64,000 nucleotides of DNA from Gemmatimonadaceae bacterium (GTDB taxonomy: Bacteria; Gemmatimonadota; Gemmatimonadetes; Gemmatimonadales; Gemmatimonadaceae). Of this stretch, positions 41,136-50,520 are shown one piece after another. The DNA is taken from assembly GCA_051859245.1 (NCBI GenBank), contig JBHYGA010000001.1, positions 1,181,722 to 1,245,721 of the forward strand, in the 5' to 3' direction. The translations under genes and the position numbers were made by a program. The notes beneath the pieces were generated by a model. It was not told the DNA's origin. It searched no databases and saw nothing but the letters and a program-made list of their open reading frames with translations. Position 1 is the stretch's first letter; the number at the start of each line of letters is the position of its first letter.

Positions 41136-41207
41136 GGCCTCATCGTCTATCGGTTAGGACGCTACCCTTTCAAGGTGGAGAGACGGGTTCGATTCCCGTT
41201 GAGGCTA
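41136..41207 (+). tRNA. tRNA-Glu(UUC)
   Basis: GGCCTCA/TGAGGCT stem, loop CT-TTC-AA. Confidence 0.95.
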
Positions 41208-41236
41208 CTGGTGCAGGTGCAGGTGCAGGAAATGTT

Positions 41237-41311
41237 GGGGGCGTAGCTCAGTTTGGTTAGAGCACTCGACTGTCACTCGAGAGGTCGCGGGTTCGAGCCC
41301 CGTCGCTCCCG
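41237..41311 (+). tRNA. tRNA-Asp(GUC)
   Basis: GGGGGCG/CGCTCCC stem, loop CT-GTC-AC. Confidence 0.96.
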
Positions 41312-41334
41312 TAGGTTAGAGTCTGCAGGTGATT

Positions 41335-41416
41335 GCCCTGGTGGTGAAATTGGTAGACACGCCATCTTGAGGGGGTGGTGCCGAAAGGCTTCGCGGTTCG
41401 AGTCCGCGCCAGGGCA
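41335..41416 (+). tRNA. tRNA-Leu(GAG)
   Basis: GCCCTGG/CCAGGGC stem, loop TT-GAG-GG, long variable arm GCC-GAAA-GGC. Confidence 0.95.
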
Positions 41417-41511
41417 TACCATCGTGTTTTGTTGTGGCGAGATTCTTCGCACTGTACCTGTGTTCGCACCTTAGGCAGCACCTTGTTGGTGATCGGGTTC
41501 GCCCGATCCTC

Positions 41512-41583
41512 GCCACAGTAGCTCAGTGGTAGAGCACCCGATTCGTAATCGGGCGGTCATCGGTTCAATCCCGATCTGTGGCT
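41512..41583 (+). tRNA. tRNA-Thr(CGU)
   Basis: GCCACAG/CTGTGGC stem, loop TT-CGT-AA. Confidence 0.96.
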
Positions 41584-41609
41584 CTTCGTGAAATCATAGC
41601 GGTCTCCAG

Positions 41610-41642
41610 AACGGCATCCTTTGCGGGTGCCGTTTTTGTTTT
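41610..41642 (+). terminator. intrinsic terminator of tRNA operon
   Basis: AACGGCATCC-loop-GGGTGCCGTT followed by TTTGTTTT. Confidence 0.85.
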
Positions 41643-41739
41643 GCGGTGTACTGTTGGAAAGTTTGTCATACGCGAGACGGCCTGGCAGGCCGTTCACATT
41701 CATCCGGCGCCGGTCGCGCCAATCTACTGAGAGGCGTAC

Positions 41740-42171
41740 ATGCGTCGATTGATGTCACGGGCAGCAGTGCTGATGCTTGGAATGGTGCTGGCCACTGCCT
41801 GCACGGGCGAGACGGGGCCAACGGGTCCGCAAGGCGCGCCAGGGCCTGCTGGTCCACAGGGACCTGTGGGACCACAGGGCCCGCCAGGCACCGGCACAAC
41901 GCGCAGCACGTACTTCGTGACGATCGCGGCCGACGGATACGCCGAGCAGGCGTTGCCGCTGGCGTTCGGCACCAATCCCGCGCAACCGCCGCTGCTCAAC
42001 TGCTTTATCAGCGACGCGCCAAGTGAAGGCATCTGGCAGCCGATCAGTGATGGCATTGGTGGTGAGGATCCCACGGTGTGCGCACTCGTGTTCGACGAAG
42101 GGCGCTGGTATGCGGTGTTGATCAACGCGCCGCCCACGTGGACGGTGGCGTTCATGGTGATTGGCGGGTAG
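41740..42171 (+). CDS. small lipoprotein with collagen-like Gly-X-Y repeat
   Basis: LATAC lipobox followed by GETGPTGPQGAPGPAGPQGPVGPQGPPG; GAGG RBS. Confidence 0.85.
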   Translation: MRRLMSRAAVLMLGMVLATACTGETGPTGPQGAPGPAGPQGPVGPQGPPGTGTTRSTYFVTIAADGYAEQALPLAFGTNPAQPPLLNCFISDAPSEGIWQPISDGIGGEDPTVCALVFDEGRWYAVLINAPPTWTVAFMVIGG

Positions 42172-42268
42172 CGGTGCGCATGGTGAGGCGTGGGCTGCGC
42201 GAAAGGCGCAGCGCGCGACCATTCAGCGTGCGAAAAGTGCGCGGTCGTGAACGCTGCAGGGGTAGTCA

Positions 42269-42341
<73 letters not shown>

Positions 42342-42482
42342 CTGACAGAAGTGTAAGGAAATCAAGGACTTGCTACGTAACGGGCGGCCAGACGGTCGCC
42401 CGTTGTGTATTGAAGGACGCAATCTTGCACACTATCGCCATGTTGGACGAGACAAGTTCATAGTGCTTGCAGCCGGGGCACC

Positions 42483-42794
42483 GTGGAGCTCTTGACACCG
42501 GCGCAACCCATGCGGAAGATGTCTCAGCAAATCGAACCTGCAAAACCACGCGATGGGCAGGCGAGCGACACCTTATTAGGCGCCGACGTGATGGTGGACG
42601 AAAAGGAGATATCCTATCGGCTGATGGAGCAATCACTTGCCGAGGCTGAGGGAAACCCCATGATCTTTGGCGAGCGTCTTCTCGCGCTTATTTGTGTAGC
42701 CGCGCGAGAATGTGATCGGACAGTGGTGTCGCGGTTCTACACGGAGCCTGCGGTCACGCGAATCCGTGAAGCCACGGCACGTCTCACGTTGTAG
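42483..42794 (+). CDS. hypothetical protein (island; start uncertain)
   Basis: ORF only; no motif recognised. Confidence 0.35.
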   Translation: MELLTPAQPMRKMSQQIEPAKPRDGQASDTLLGADVMVDEKEISYRLMEQSLAEAEGNPMIFGERLLALICVAARECDRTVVSRFYTEPAVTRIREATARLTL

Positions 42795-42804
42795 GCACTG
42801 CCCC

Positions 42805-43992
42805 TTGCAACTACGACTGCGGTCAGCAACAAGGGATGCCTCAGCGCCAAGCCCCCGACTTCGCCGCGCTCTGCATCGGTTTGCTCGTGCCTGCGGCTGC
42901 GCTTTGCTGTGGCCTGCGGTCGCGTTTGGCCAGACGCAACCTTCGGTTCCAGCGGCGCAACCACTCGTGCAGTGGACCCCCGGGAGTGGCGTGCCGGAGT
43001 GGACGGCTATTGGTCAAATCCTTGTCCACTCCGGCTTGTTGTACGTCACGCAACCGCAGGATCACGTGATTCTGGTCCTTGATGCTAAAGGGAAGCTGTT
43101 GCGGCGCATCGGCCGAAAAGGCGCTGGTCCGGGGGAATTCCGGAGCATCGGTGCACTGGGGATGAAGGGTGATACACTCTGGGCGCACGACTATATGCTG
43201 CGCCGCGTGACGTTCTTCTCGCTCACGGGAGTCGTACATCGGACCACTGTCCTCGAAGTGCCTCCGATTGAAGGACTGTCGCCGCCGACGGTCGCGGGGA
43301 TGAGTGAGAGCGGGGACGTGGTACTCCTCTTCGCGACGACCCCGGGTGCCCCGTCGTCTGAGCGCATGCCAGTCAAGGTGTTCCGTCGTGATGGTTCGTT
43401 GCGCGAGATCACGTCAGTCCGCGCCCCGAACGGAGCCACACGAGTCCCGCCGAGTGGCATGTACGTCAATGCAGAGTATCAGGGCTTCTTCGGCGGCGGC
43501 GGCGTGGTGATGGTCGATAACCGCACCATCTCGTCGTTTGATGCTGCACCCAATGGTCGAGTCACGCAGCAGGACTTTGCGTATGACGGCGCTCGCGGGG
43601 CTTCGCGACAGTTCTCGCTGCCTGTAGTCCGCGTGCCTGCGGCGCTTGCGGCCCGCCTCCAGGGAGAGATCCTGCAGCGTCTCACGAAGGTCGCGCGTTC
43701 CGCCGACGTAGCACGTTCGCTCATGCCTGTGGCATTCCCAATGCCCTCCACGTTTCCCGTACTGCTTGGAGCAGCGCGCCTTCCCAGTGGCGACTTGCTG
43801 GTGCAAACGCCGAGTAGCAACGAGACATTGGTCGTATGGCAGGTGCTCAATCGAGCGGGTGCCATGCGTCCCGTTTTCACCACGGAGCGTGCGTTCCGCC
43901 CGATGGGTATGGGTGGTGGACGGCTCTGGGGCACTGTCCAAGACGCGGACGGCCTCGACGTCATCGTTGCGTACGCACTACCGTTCAGCTGA
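42805..43992 (+). CDS. secreted 6-bladed beta-propeller (NHL-like) protein; start uncertain, possibly frameshifted
   Basis: IGRKGAGPGEF, GDTLWAHD, terminal DADGLDVIVAY; signal-like LLWPAVAFGQ. Confidence 0.75.
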   Translation: MQLRLRSATRDASAPSPRLRRALHRFARACGCALLWPAVAFGQTQPSVPAAQPLVQWTPGSGVPEWTAIGQILVHSGLLYVTQPQDHVILVLDAKGKLLRRIGRKGAGPGEFRSIGALGMKGDTLWAHDYMLRRVTFFSLTGVVHRTTVLEVPPIEGLSPPTVAGMSESGDVVLLFATTPGAPSSERMPVKVFRRDGSLREITSVRAPNGATRVPPSGMYVNAEYQGFFGGGGVVMVDNRTISSFDAAPNGRVTQQDFAYDGARGASRQFSLPVVRVPAALAARLQGEILQRLTKVARSADVARSLMPVAFPMPSTFPVLLGAARLPSGDLLVQTPSSNETLVVWQVLNRAGAMRPVFTTERAFRPMGMGGGRLWGTVQDADGLDVIVAYALPFS

Positions 43993-43995
43993 CAG

Positions 43996-44260
43996 TGGTG
44001 CGATTGGTTCGCCGCATCACGGTCATTGCCGCCGGAAGTGCGCTTCTAGTCGGGTGTGTCGAGCGGCCGCACGCCCCACCTCCGATTCGACTGGATGGAG
44101 TTCGGCAGCACAGCATTCCTGGCGGCACAGCGGTCGGAGGGATGTCACTCGGCGATGACGGAAGTCCAGTGGCATGGGCCGATTCGACCCTCCTGCTCAC
44201 AAGGAGCGTAGAGGATACGGCGATGTTCGCCATCCAATTGCCGGACACCATGAATTGCGG
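43996..44260 (+). pseudogene. truncated lipoprotein gene fragment
   Basis: GTG just after the propeller stop, LLVGC lipobox; frame then runs through a terminator hairpin into the antisense of the PEP-CTERM gene. Confidence 0.5.
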
Positions 44261-44280
44261 TTATGGCAGTGAGTTGCATG

Positions 44281-44313
44281 ACGGCCGCCTCCTTCGGGAA
44301 GGCGGCCGTTTTC
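44281..44313. terminator. GC-rich hairpin terminator
   Basis: ACGGCCGCCT-loop-AGGCGGCCGT followed by TTT. Confidence 0.7.
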
Positions 44314-44330
44314 GCAACGCACCCGATGCG

Positions 44331-45110
44331 TTAGCCGACCCAACGCCGACGCGCGACGCCGCCGAGTGCCGCCAGGCCGGTGGCGAGCAGCGCCCAGGAG
44401 CCGGGCTCCGGGACGGTGGCCGCGAACGCGCTCGCCGGTGCGCTCCTGGTTTTCTTCCCCGACGTGAAGGTCGCCACGTGATCCCAGTCCGGGTCGAACA
44501 CGAGCTCCACGCCCGGCGCGACCCCGGCCGCGCCGAAGGTGACGTCCATCGTCTCGAAGATGTCGCCGACGGCCTCCTGCCCGGGGCGGCGGACGACGTT
44601 CGTGTACAGCACGGTCGTGTTGCCGGCCAACATCCCGGTCCACCGCCGGAAGTCGAAGTCGCGCCCAAGGCCCGAGCCCGTGGTGCCCTGATTCCAGCCG
44701 AAGGTGCGATCGAAGACGATGTTGCCTGTGCTCCCCGCGAACACGACTCGCTGCAGCGCTGTGGGCGCTGTGTTCGTCAGCAGCCAGTAGTTGGTCTTGG
44801 GTTCGAGGCTGAGGGTGAGGAACGGATCCGCGATGCCCCAACTGCCGGCGCCGGTCGAGCCCCAGTACGAGGTGGACGAGGCGCCGCCAGTCCAGTAGGC
44901 GGTGACTGCCAGGCCGGCCATCAGGGCGTCGTCGCGCGAGGTGGAGACGAACCGACCGGCGATGCGCGCGGCACCGTCGGATTGGAGGATGGTCAGCCCG
45001 TCGTCGTTGACCAGATCGCCGAAGGGCTGGGCAGCGACGGGGCGGGCGGCGAGCGTGGCAGCGAGCAATGCGCTGGAGAGCGCGAGCGAGAGGCAGTGTG
45101 TTGGACGCAT
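44331..45110 (-). CDS. PEP-CTERM sorting-domain protein
   Basis: Signal peptide; C-terminal VPEPGSWALLATGLAALGGVARRR. Confidence 0.92.
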   Translation of the reverse strand: MRPTHCLSLALSSALLAATLAARPVAAQPFGDLVNDDGLTILQSDGAARIAGRFVSTSRDDALMAGLAVTAYWTGGASSTSYWGSTGAGSWGIADPFLTLSLEPKTNYWLLTNTAPTALQRVVFAGSTGNIVFDRTFGWNQGTTGSGLGRDFDFRRWTGMLAGNTTVLYTNVVRRPGQEAVGDIFETMDVTFGAAGVAPGVELVFDPDWDHVATFTSGKKTRSAPASAFAATVPEPGSWALLATGLAALGGVARRRWVG

Positions 45111-45204
45111 GGTATGGTCAGAGAAAAGGGACGTGAGGTCGATCGCTCTGACGTACGAAATCCACGCCCCGCGTCGGACATGCGTGACCCGTGCCGCCTT
45201 AAGT

Positions 45205-46101
45205 TCACTCCGTTGCCTGCGTGCCGCCCATCCCCACGCTTTTTTCACCAAAGCTCCGGCCAAGTTGCGCCATGTCACGTTCCGTCTCGAGTACAAGCGG
45301 AATCATCGCGGTTTTGGTGAACCGCTGTGCAAACGCGCTGCTGAGCAGTTGGCGAATCGCTGAGAGTCGTGCCAAGGAACCCGGCACAAACACGGTGCGT
45401 GCGCGCGATTCAATTGCGCGCACAAATGCGGTGGTGCACTGCTCCAGCGATGTGACACGACCAAATGGACCCGGCAGCTTGGCCAGCGTGCGATTGAACG
45501 CCGAAACGTCCGTCTGCACATCGCGCACAAGATCCGTGTTGATCCAGGTCATATACGCCGTGCCAACAGCAACGCCGTGTGGTAGCAGCTCAAGGCGCAT
45601 CACATTCGCGAGTTGCTCCACGCCGGCTTTGGATGCCGCGTACGCGGAAAGACCGGGCATGGCGCTAAACGCCGCCGCGCTCGCCACGAGCAACAGATAG
45701 CCGCGCGTTTCAAGTAGCTGAGGCAGTGCCGCTTTCGCGGTGCGCAACACGCCCACCAGATTCACGTTGAGTACGCGCACCAGTGCTTCGACATCCGCCA
45801 CCCGCACGGTGCCATTGCTGGCGATGCCCGCATTCGCCACGACCACATCGATGCGGCCGAGTGCATGCACCGTGCCTTCGACCGCACGATCGAGCGCTGT
45901 CTGATCGGTGACGTCACATTCAAACCACACGTGCGACGGCCCAAGCTCGGCCGCAAGTGCCTTGAGCAGCGCCGGCTCCATCCCAACCAGTGACAGTGTT
46001 GCACCGCGCTGCGCCAGTGCGCGTGCGGTTGCTGCACCAATGCCTCGTGCAGGACCGGTGATCAGCACGACTTTTCCGCGAACGCTGCGCTCGCCGTTCA
46101 T
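45205..46101 (-). CDS. short-chain dehydrogenase/reductase
   Basis: TGPARGIG, ANAGI, YAASK. Confidence 0.92.
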   Translation of the reverse strand: MNGERSVRGKVVLITGPARGIGAATARALAQRGATLSLVGMEPALLKALAAELGPSHVWFECDVTDQTALDRAVEGTVHALGRIDVVVANAGIASNGTVRVADVEALVRVLNVNLVGVLRTAKAALPQLLETRGYLLLVASAAAFSAMPGLSAYAASKAGVEQLANVMRLELLPHGVAVGTAYMTWINTDLVRDVQTDVSAFNRTLAKLPGPFGRVTSLEQCTTAFVRAIESRARTVFVPGSLARLSAIRQLLSSAFAQRFTKTAMIPLVLETERDMAQLGRSFGEKSVGMGGTQATE

Positions 46102-47561
46102 TTCGTCTTGGGCTTTCCGCCAAAACGCATTTCGCGATCCACACTCAGCGCCAACGAACCCGCAGCCTCCGCGCGCACGATCAACGCCGATGGCATGGCG
46201 ACCACGTCGATCAAACGACCGGCCGTGAGCGTCGCCGAGAGTTGCACACCGTCCGTCAGCTGCCGGTTAATTGCCCCTTCCACTTTGGCACGCAACGTGG
46301 CCAGCCGGTCCGCCAGCGGAAGCACCGCCGCTTCGCGCAACTGCAGCACCGCCGCTTCTTCTGTCAGAAACGCGAGTCCTTGCACCAGTGCGTTGCTGGT
46401 GGCCACGTCGAAGTTGAGATCAGGTACGGTGAGTTCTTCGCGTGCGATATCAAGTTGTGGTGTGCCAACCAACCAGCCTTCGCCGCGCACGGCACCGTCA
46501 AACTTTACACCCAGTGCCACACGTCCATCACCAACAGGCACAAGACGCACGTCGACTACACGAACCCGGCGACGCCAACGTGTGAATGATTTGCCAACCA
46601 AACGCTCACGCAACAGCGCGGACGCAACATCGTACTGCACGCTCGCTTCCAGCAACACACGAGCACTGTCACCAACGTCGGAGCGCGGCGGCAAGAGTGG
46701 TGGCAGTGGTGTTGTGGTGCGCGCCGGTTCTTCGCCAGACACAATGATCGGCTGGGCAAAGAGACGCACGTCAAACACGAGCGCTGAGTCTTTTACATTG
46801 ATGCTGCCGAGTCGCACTTCGCCCGGACGCAGCAGCAGCCACAAACTGTCGGCTACTTTGAATGGGCGATTCATTTCGTTGTACCACTTCTCGAGCCGGT
46901 CACGAACGTTCCAGCCGGCAAGCCGACGATCAATTTTCGGCAGTTCGCGTCGCAGAATATTCTGCACGGCGCCGGAGACACGATCGGTCACGTCAATGCT
47001 GAACGCGGTGACTCGGCACGCGTCACGATCGGTATCCGTGAGCGGACGCAACGACGCGATGCGCGTTTTGGCTCGCACGCGCCACTCCGGAGAAATGCCG
47101 AGTTCACTCTGCAAACGTGCACGGAGTCGCGGACGCGCGTTGTCCACGCCGCACGATGCACCAACCTCCGGCAGGAGCGGCGGGTTGTACCATCCCTTGC
47201 CCGCGTAACTCACTGTGGTGCCGAGCGTAAGCAGGCCGTTGTCGAGCGTCACATCAAACGGATCGCGCGCGGCTTCGTAAGCGAACTTCTGCCGACCGTT
47301 TGATGGATGCTGGATACGGCGGTCGAGGTTGCCGAAGCGACGTGGAACGGCCGCCTCCAGCGCGTTGAGCGTAGGTTCAAGATTGATGCTGATTGGCGCG
47401 TCAATGATGGACGGTTCAACGGGTGCCAATGACGGGGGCAGAAACTGCCCCGTGGCTCCCGGCGGCGGTGCGTTGATGTCGACCGGGCGCGCGCATCCGG
47501 CCAGCAGCAGCGCGGTGACTACGTAGACCAGCCCGAAGCCGGAACGCCAATGTGATTGCAT
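46098..47561 (-). CDS. DUF4403-like lipoprotein
   Basis: LLAGC lipobox, beta-rich fold with WLLLRP and GTPQLD segments. Confidence 0.7.
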   Translation of the reverse strand: MQSHWRSGFGLVYVVTALLLAGCARPVDINAPPPGATGQFLPPSLAPVEPSIIDAPISINLEPTLNALEAAVPRRFGNLDRRIQHPSNGRQKFAYEAARDPFDVTLDNGLLTLGTTVSYAGKGWYNPPLLPEVGASCGVDNARPRLRARLQSELGISPEWRVRAKTRIASLRPLTDTDRDACRVTAFSIDVTDRVSGAVQNILRRELPKIDRRLAGWNVRDRLEKWYNEMNRPFKVADSLWLLLRPGEVRLGSINVKDSALVFDVRLFAQPIIVSGEEPARTTTPLPPLLPPRSDVGDSARVLLEASVQYDVASALLRERLVGKSFTRWRRRVRVVDVRLVPVGDGRVALGVKFDGAVRGEGWLVGTPQLDIAREELTVPDLNFDVATSNALVQGLAFLTEEAAVLQLREAAVLPLADRLATLRAKVEGAINRQLTDGVQLSATLTAGRLIDVVAMPSALIVRAEAAGSLALSVDREMRFGGKPKTK

Positions 47562-47675
47562 CGCGGAACGATACGCTTGGGATGTACACCTCCGGAAGCA
47601 TGCGCAAGAGAGAGGCGGCCACATGGTCGGGCTCGCCTGTGGTGCCGGCTGCACTCACCGCGTAGCTTGCGGCCC

Positions 47676-48455
47676 ATGCACATCAACCTGAACTCACGCG
47701 TGGCCGTGGTCACGGGCGGCGCCAACGGTATTGGTCTGGCCACGGTGGTGCGGCTGGCGCGCAGCGGTGCGTCGGTGGCAATCTGGGACCGGAATGTTGA
47801 ACCCGCTCACGAAACGGTTCGTGGACTGCGCGCCGAAGGATGTGTAGTTGATGTGTTCGCCACGGACGTGACAGATCGCGAGAGTGTGCGCGCCGCGGCC
47901 GATGCGACGGTGTCCGCCTTTGGCGGCATTGATATTCTGATCAACAACGCCGGCATCATTCGCGACTCGCAGCTGGTGCGCGTAAAAGACGGCGCGGTGA
48001 CGGGCGGTATGTCCGAAGCAGATTTTGATGCCGTGATTGACGTGAACCTGAAGGGCGTGTTCAACTGCGCGCAGGTGGTGGTGCCGTTTCTGATCGCACG
48101 AGGCGGCGGATCGATTGTGAATGCCACATCAGTCGTTGCACGCACCGGCAACTTCGGGCAGAGCAACTACGTGGCTGCGAAAGCCGGCGTGGTGGGGCTG
48201 ACGCAGGTGTGGGCGCGCGAACTCGGCAAGCGCAACATTCGCGTGAATGCGATCGCGCCGGGTTTCATCGCCACCGACATGACGGCCTCAATGCCGGCCG
48301 CCGTGCTCGAGCAGATGGCCGCACATACACCAATGGCGCGACTCGGCACGCCTGACGACGTGGCTGCGGCGTACTGTTTTCTCGTGTCGAATGCGGCCGC
48401 GTTCATTAACGGCGCGGTGCTGCCTGTAGACGGCGGACTGGTAATCGGCACGTAA
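47676..48455 (+). CDS. 3-oxoacyl-(ACP/CoA) reductase, FabG/PhaB-like SDR
   Basis: TGGANGIG, NNAGIIRD, GNFGQSNYVAAK, PGFIATDMT. Confidence 0.93.
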   Translation: MHINLNSRVAVVTGGANGIGLATVVRLARSGASVAIWDRNVEPAHETVRGLRAEGCVVDVFATDVTDRESVRAAADATVSAFGGIDILINNAGIIRDSQLVRVKDGAVTGGMSEADFDAVIDVNLKGVFNCAQVVVPFLIARGGGSIVNATSVVARTGNFGQSNYVAAKAGVVGLTQVWARELGKRNIRVNAIAPGFIATDMTASMPAAVLEQMAAHTPMARLGTPDDVAAAYCFLVSNAAAFINGAVLPVDGGLVIGT

Positions 48456-48513
48456 CATCAGCCCGCGCCGGTTGCACGGGCAATGCGATGCAACGGCGCC
48501 GCGATCCGCTTGG

Positions 48514-49722
48514 CTATTGGCCCGCCACGCGCGTGGGTTCGGCCCGGCTCCGCACCGTACCATCGCCGAGCGCACCACCACCGCGCGCGTCGGTATTCTC
48601 TCCCCAACACCACGCCACGCCCTCGGTGTCAATCGCGCAGGTGTGATAGTCACCCGATGCAATGGTGACAAACGTGTGCGACCCGCTCACGCGCACAGGC
48701 GCCGCTTCGGATACACCGCTGCCGTTGCCAAGTCCACCGTTGTAGTTCGATCCCCAGCACCATGCGCTACCCGCTGAGTCGAGGCCGCACACACGCTGTC
48801 GACCAGCAGACAGTTGCTGAAACCGAATGTTGCCGACGATTGGCGTTGGCACGAACGAGTTCGGTCGCGGAGGTGAGCCTTGTCCAAGCTGCCCTTCAAA
48901 CGCGATGCCCCAGCACCAGCCGAGCGAATCGGCGGCAATGCCGCAGGTAACACTCTCGCCCGCCGTGAGCTGCGTGAACTTTGTACTGCCGCTCACTGAC
49001 ACGGGCGCATCGCGATCGGCCAGGCTTCCGTCGCCAAGCGCACCGCCGTCACCCCAGCACCAGGCGGCACCCGCAGCCGTTAACGCACACATGTGCATGC
49101 GTCCCGCGGCGAGTGATACAAACGGCTCACTGCTGTTCACTGGTGTGGCGGTTGCGGACGACGGCGACGGTCCATTGCCGTCACCACGCTCACCATGACG
49201 ATCCGCGCCCCAGCACGCGGTGCTGCTTCGCGTGTCAATCACGCAAGAAAAATGTGCGCCGAGCGCCACCACTTTCACCGACCGCACCTGCGCGGTACCT
49301 GGTCGTGCCTGCACGCGTACTGTGGTATCGCCGAGCGCGAACTCCTGATTGTCTCCCCAGCAGTGCACAGCCGCCAACGAATCCACAGCGCACACGTGCG
49401 ACTCGCCGGCCACGAGTTGCGCGAATGGCACCGACTGCTGGAGCCTCGTTGGCACAAACCGATCAAGCGTGTCGCCGAGTCCGAGTTGCCCATAGCGATT
49501 CGATCCCCAACACCACGCGTCGCCCTGCGCATCAAGCGCGCACGTGAACTGCCGTCCTGCGGTAATCGACGCAAAGCGCAGCGGTGTGGAGTCCGTTGCC
49601 GCACTGGCAGCGGACGGCGTCGCGCGATCTGCGCCACCGCACGCCGTGAGCGCAAGGCAGAGACCCACAATCAAGGCGCTCGCATTTCGGCGCGACACAG
49701 GAAACAGATGAGGTAACGTCAT
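48514..49722 (-). CDS. RCC1-repeat (BLIP-II-like) lipoprotein
   Basis: LTAC lipobox; repeated AGxxHTCAL..GxAWCWGxNxxGxLG. Confidence 0.92.
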   Translation of the reverse strand: MTLPHLFPVSRRNASALIVGLCLALTACGGADRATPSAASAATDSTPLRFASITAGRQFTCALDAQGDAWCWGSNRYGQLGLGDTLDRFVPTRLQQSVPFAQLVAGESHVCAVDSLAAVHCWGDNQEFALGDTTVRVQARPGTAQVRSVKVVALGAHFSCVIDTRSSTACWGADRHGERGDGNGPSPSSATATPVNSSEPFVSLAAGRMHMCALTAAGAAWCWGDGGALGDGSLADRDAPVSVSGSTKFTQLTAGESVTCGIAADSLGWCWGIAFEGQLGQGSPPRPNSFVPTPIVGNIRFQQLSAGRQRVCGLDSAGSAWCWGSNYNGGLGNGSGVSEAAPVRVSGSHTFVTIASGDYHTCAIDTEGVAWCWGENTDARGGGALGDGTVRSRAEPTRVAGQ

Positions 49723-49780
49723 ACTGCAAGTAACACCCGTGGCGCGGGAAAAGAGCCCACCAACTGCGTAACGCCCGTGC

Positions 49781-50518
49781 TTATTTCCTGGCCGGGCGCG
49801 ATTTATTCGCGGTTTCTGGTCTTGGGGCGGCGTACTGCATGCGCACCTGAATCGCCGGCGCGCGCGAGCTCGCCACGCTTCCCTTGGGTGACCAGCGTCG
49901 CGGTGCCGGGAGCACCGCCGCGAGTCTCGCCGATTCGTTGCGGGTGAGTTGTTTGGCCGATTTGCCAAAGTGGTGTTTCGCGGCGGCTTCAATGCCGAAG
50001 ATGCCGTTGCCCCACTCCGCGAGATTCACGTACAGATCAAGAATGCGATCCTTGGGCACAATCACTTCGAGCCAGAGCGTGAAGTACGCTTCCAGCCCTT
50101 TGCGAATCCACGAGCGTCCTTCCCACAAGAAGATATTCTTGACCACCTGCTGCGAGATGGTGGAGGCGCCGCGCATCGGTCGACCTGTGCGACGAATCTC
50201 GATGGCCTTTTCAATCTCGGTGAAATCAAAGCCGTCGTGCAGATAAAAGCGGTCGTCTTCGGCGGCGAGCACCGCGCGGTACAGCGACGGTGCGACCTCG
50301 TCGCGCGCGACCACGGTGCGTTTGGGATATGCGGGTGATTCGTCGGCGCGCCAGCGCTGCCACGTGCGCGTGAGCATCATGGCCGTGGTGGGTGGTTGCA
50401 CCACCAACAACAGCAGGCACGCGGGCAGGGGGAGCAAGAGGCCGATTGCGGCCACCACAAAAATGCGTCGTATCCAACGTCCAATGCGTCCGCGAACGCT
50501 GCGACTTGATGACGCCAT
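49781..50518 (-). CDS. mtgA: monofunctional biosynthetic peptidoglycan transglycosylase
   Basis: AEDDRFYLHDGFD, RGASTISQQVVKN, RKGLE, YVNLAEWG. Confidence 0.95.
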   Translation of the reverse strand: MASSSRSVRGRIGRWIRRIFVVAAIGLLLPLPACLLLLVVQPPTTAMMLTRTWQRWRADESPAYPKRTVVARDEVAPSLYRAVLAAEDDRFYLHDGFDFTEIEKAIEIRRTGRPMRGASTISQQVVKNIFLWEGRSWIRKGLEAYFTLWLEVIVPKDRILDLYVNLAEWGNGIFGIEAAAKHHFGKSAKQLTRNESARLAAVLPAPRRWSPKGSVASSRAPAIQVRMQYAAPRPETANKSRPARK

Positions 50519-50520
50519 GC

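Noticed and set aside
41209..41229. GTGCAG x3 tandem in a tRNA spacer
   Set aside because: Too short to separate from slippage; no function inferable
40817..41516. Short ORFs across the tRNA cluster
   Set aside because: Spurious frames over tRNA genes
43836..45320. 494-aa plus-strand ORF
   Set aside because: Chimera of a lipoprotein fragment, a terminator hairpin and the PEP-CTERM antisense
47676..48455. FabG/PhaB-like reductase as the missing dehydrogenase of the polyester locus
   Set aside because: 21 kb away with no AATACGTATT operator seen upstream; link unsupported
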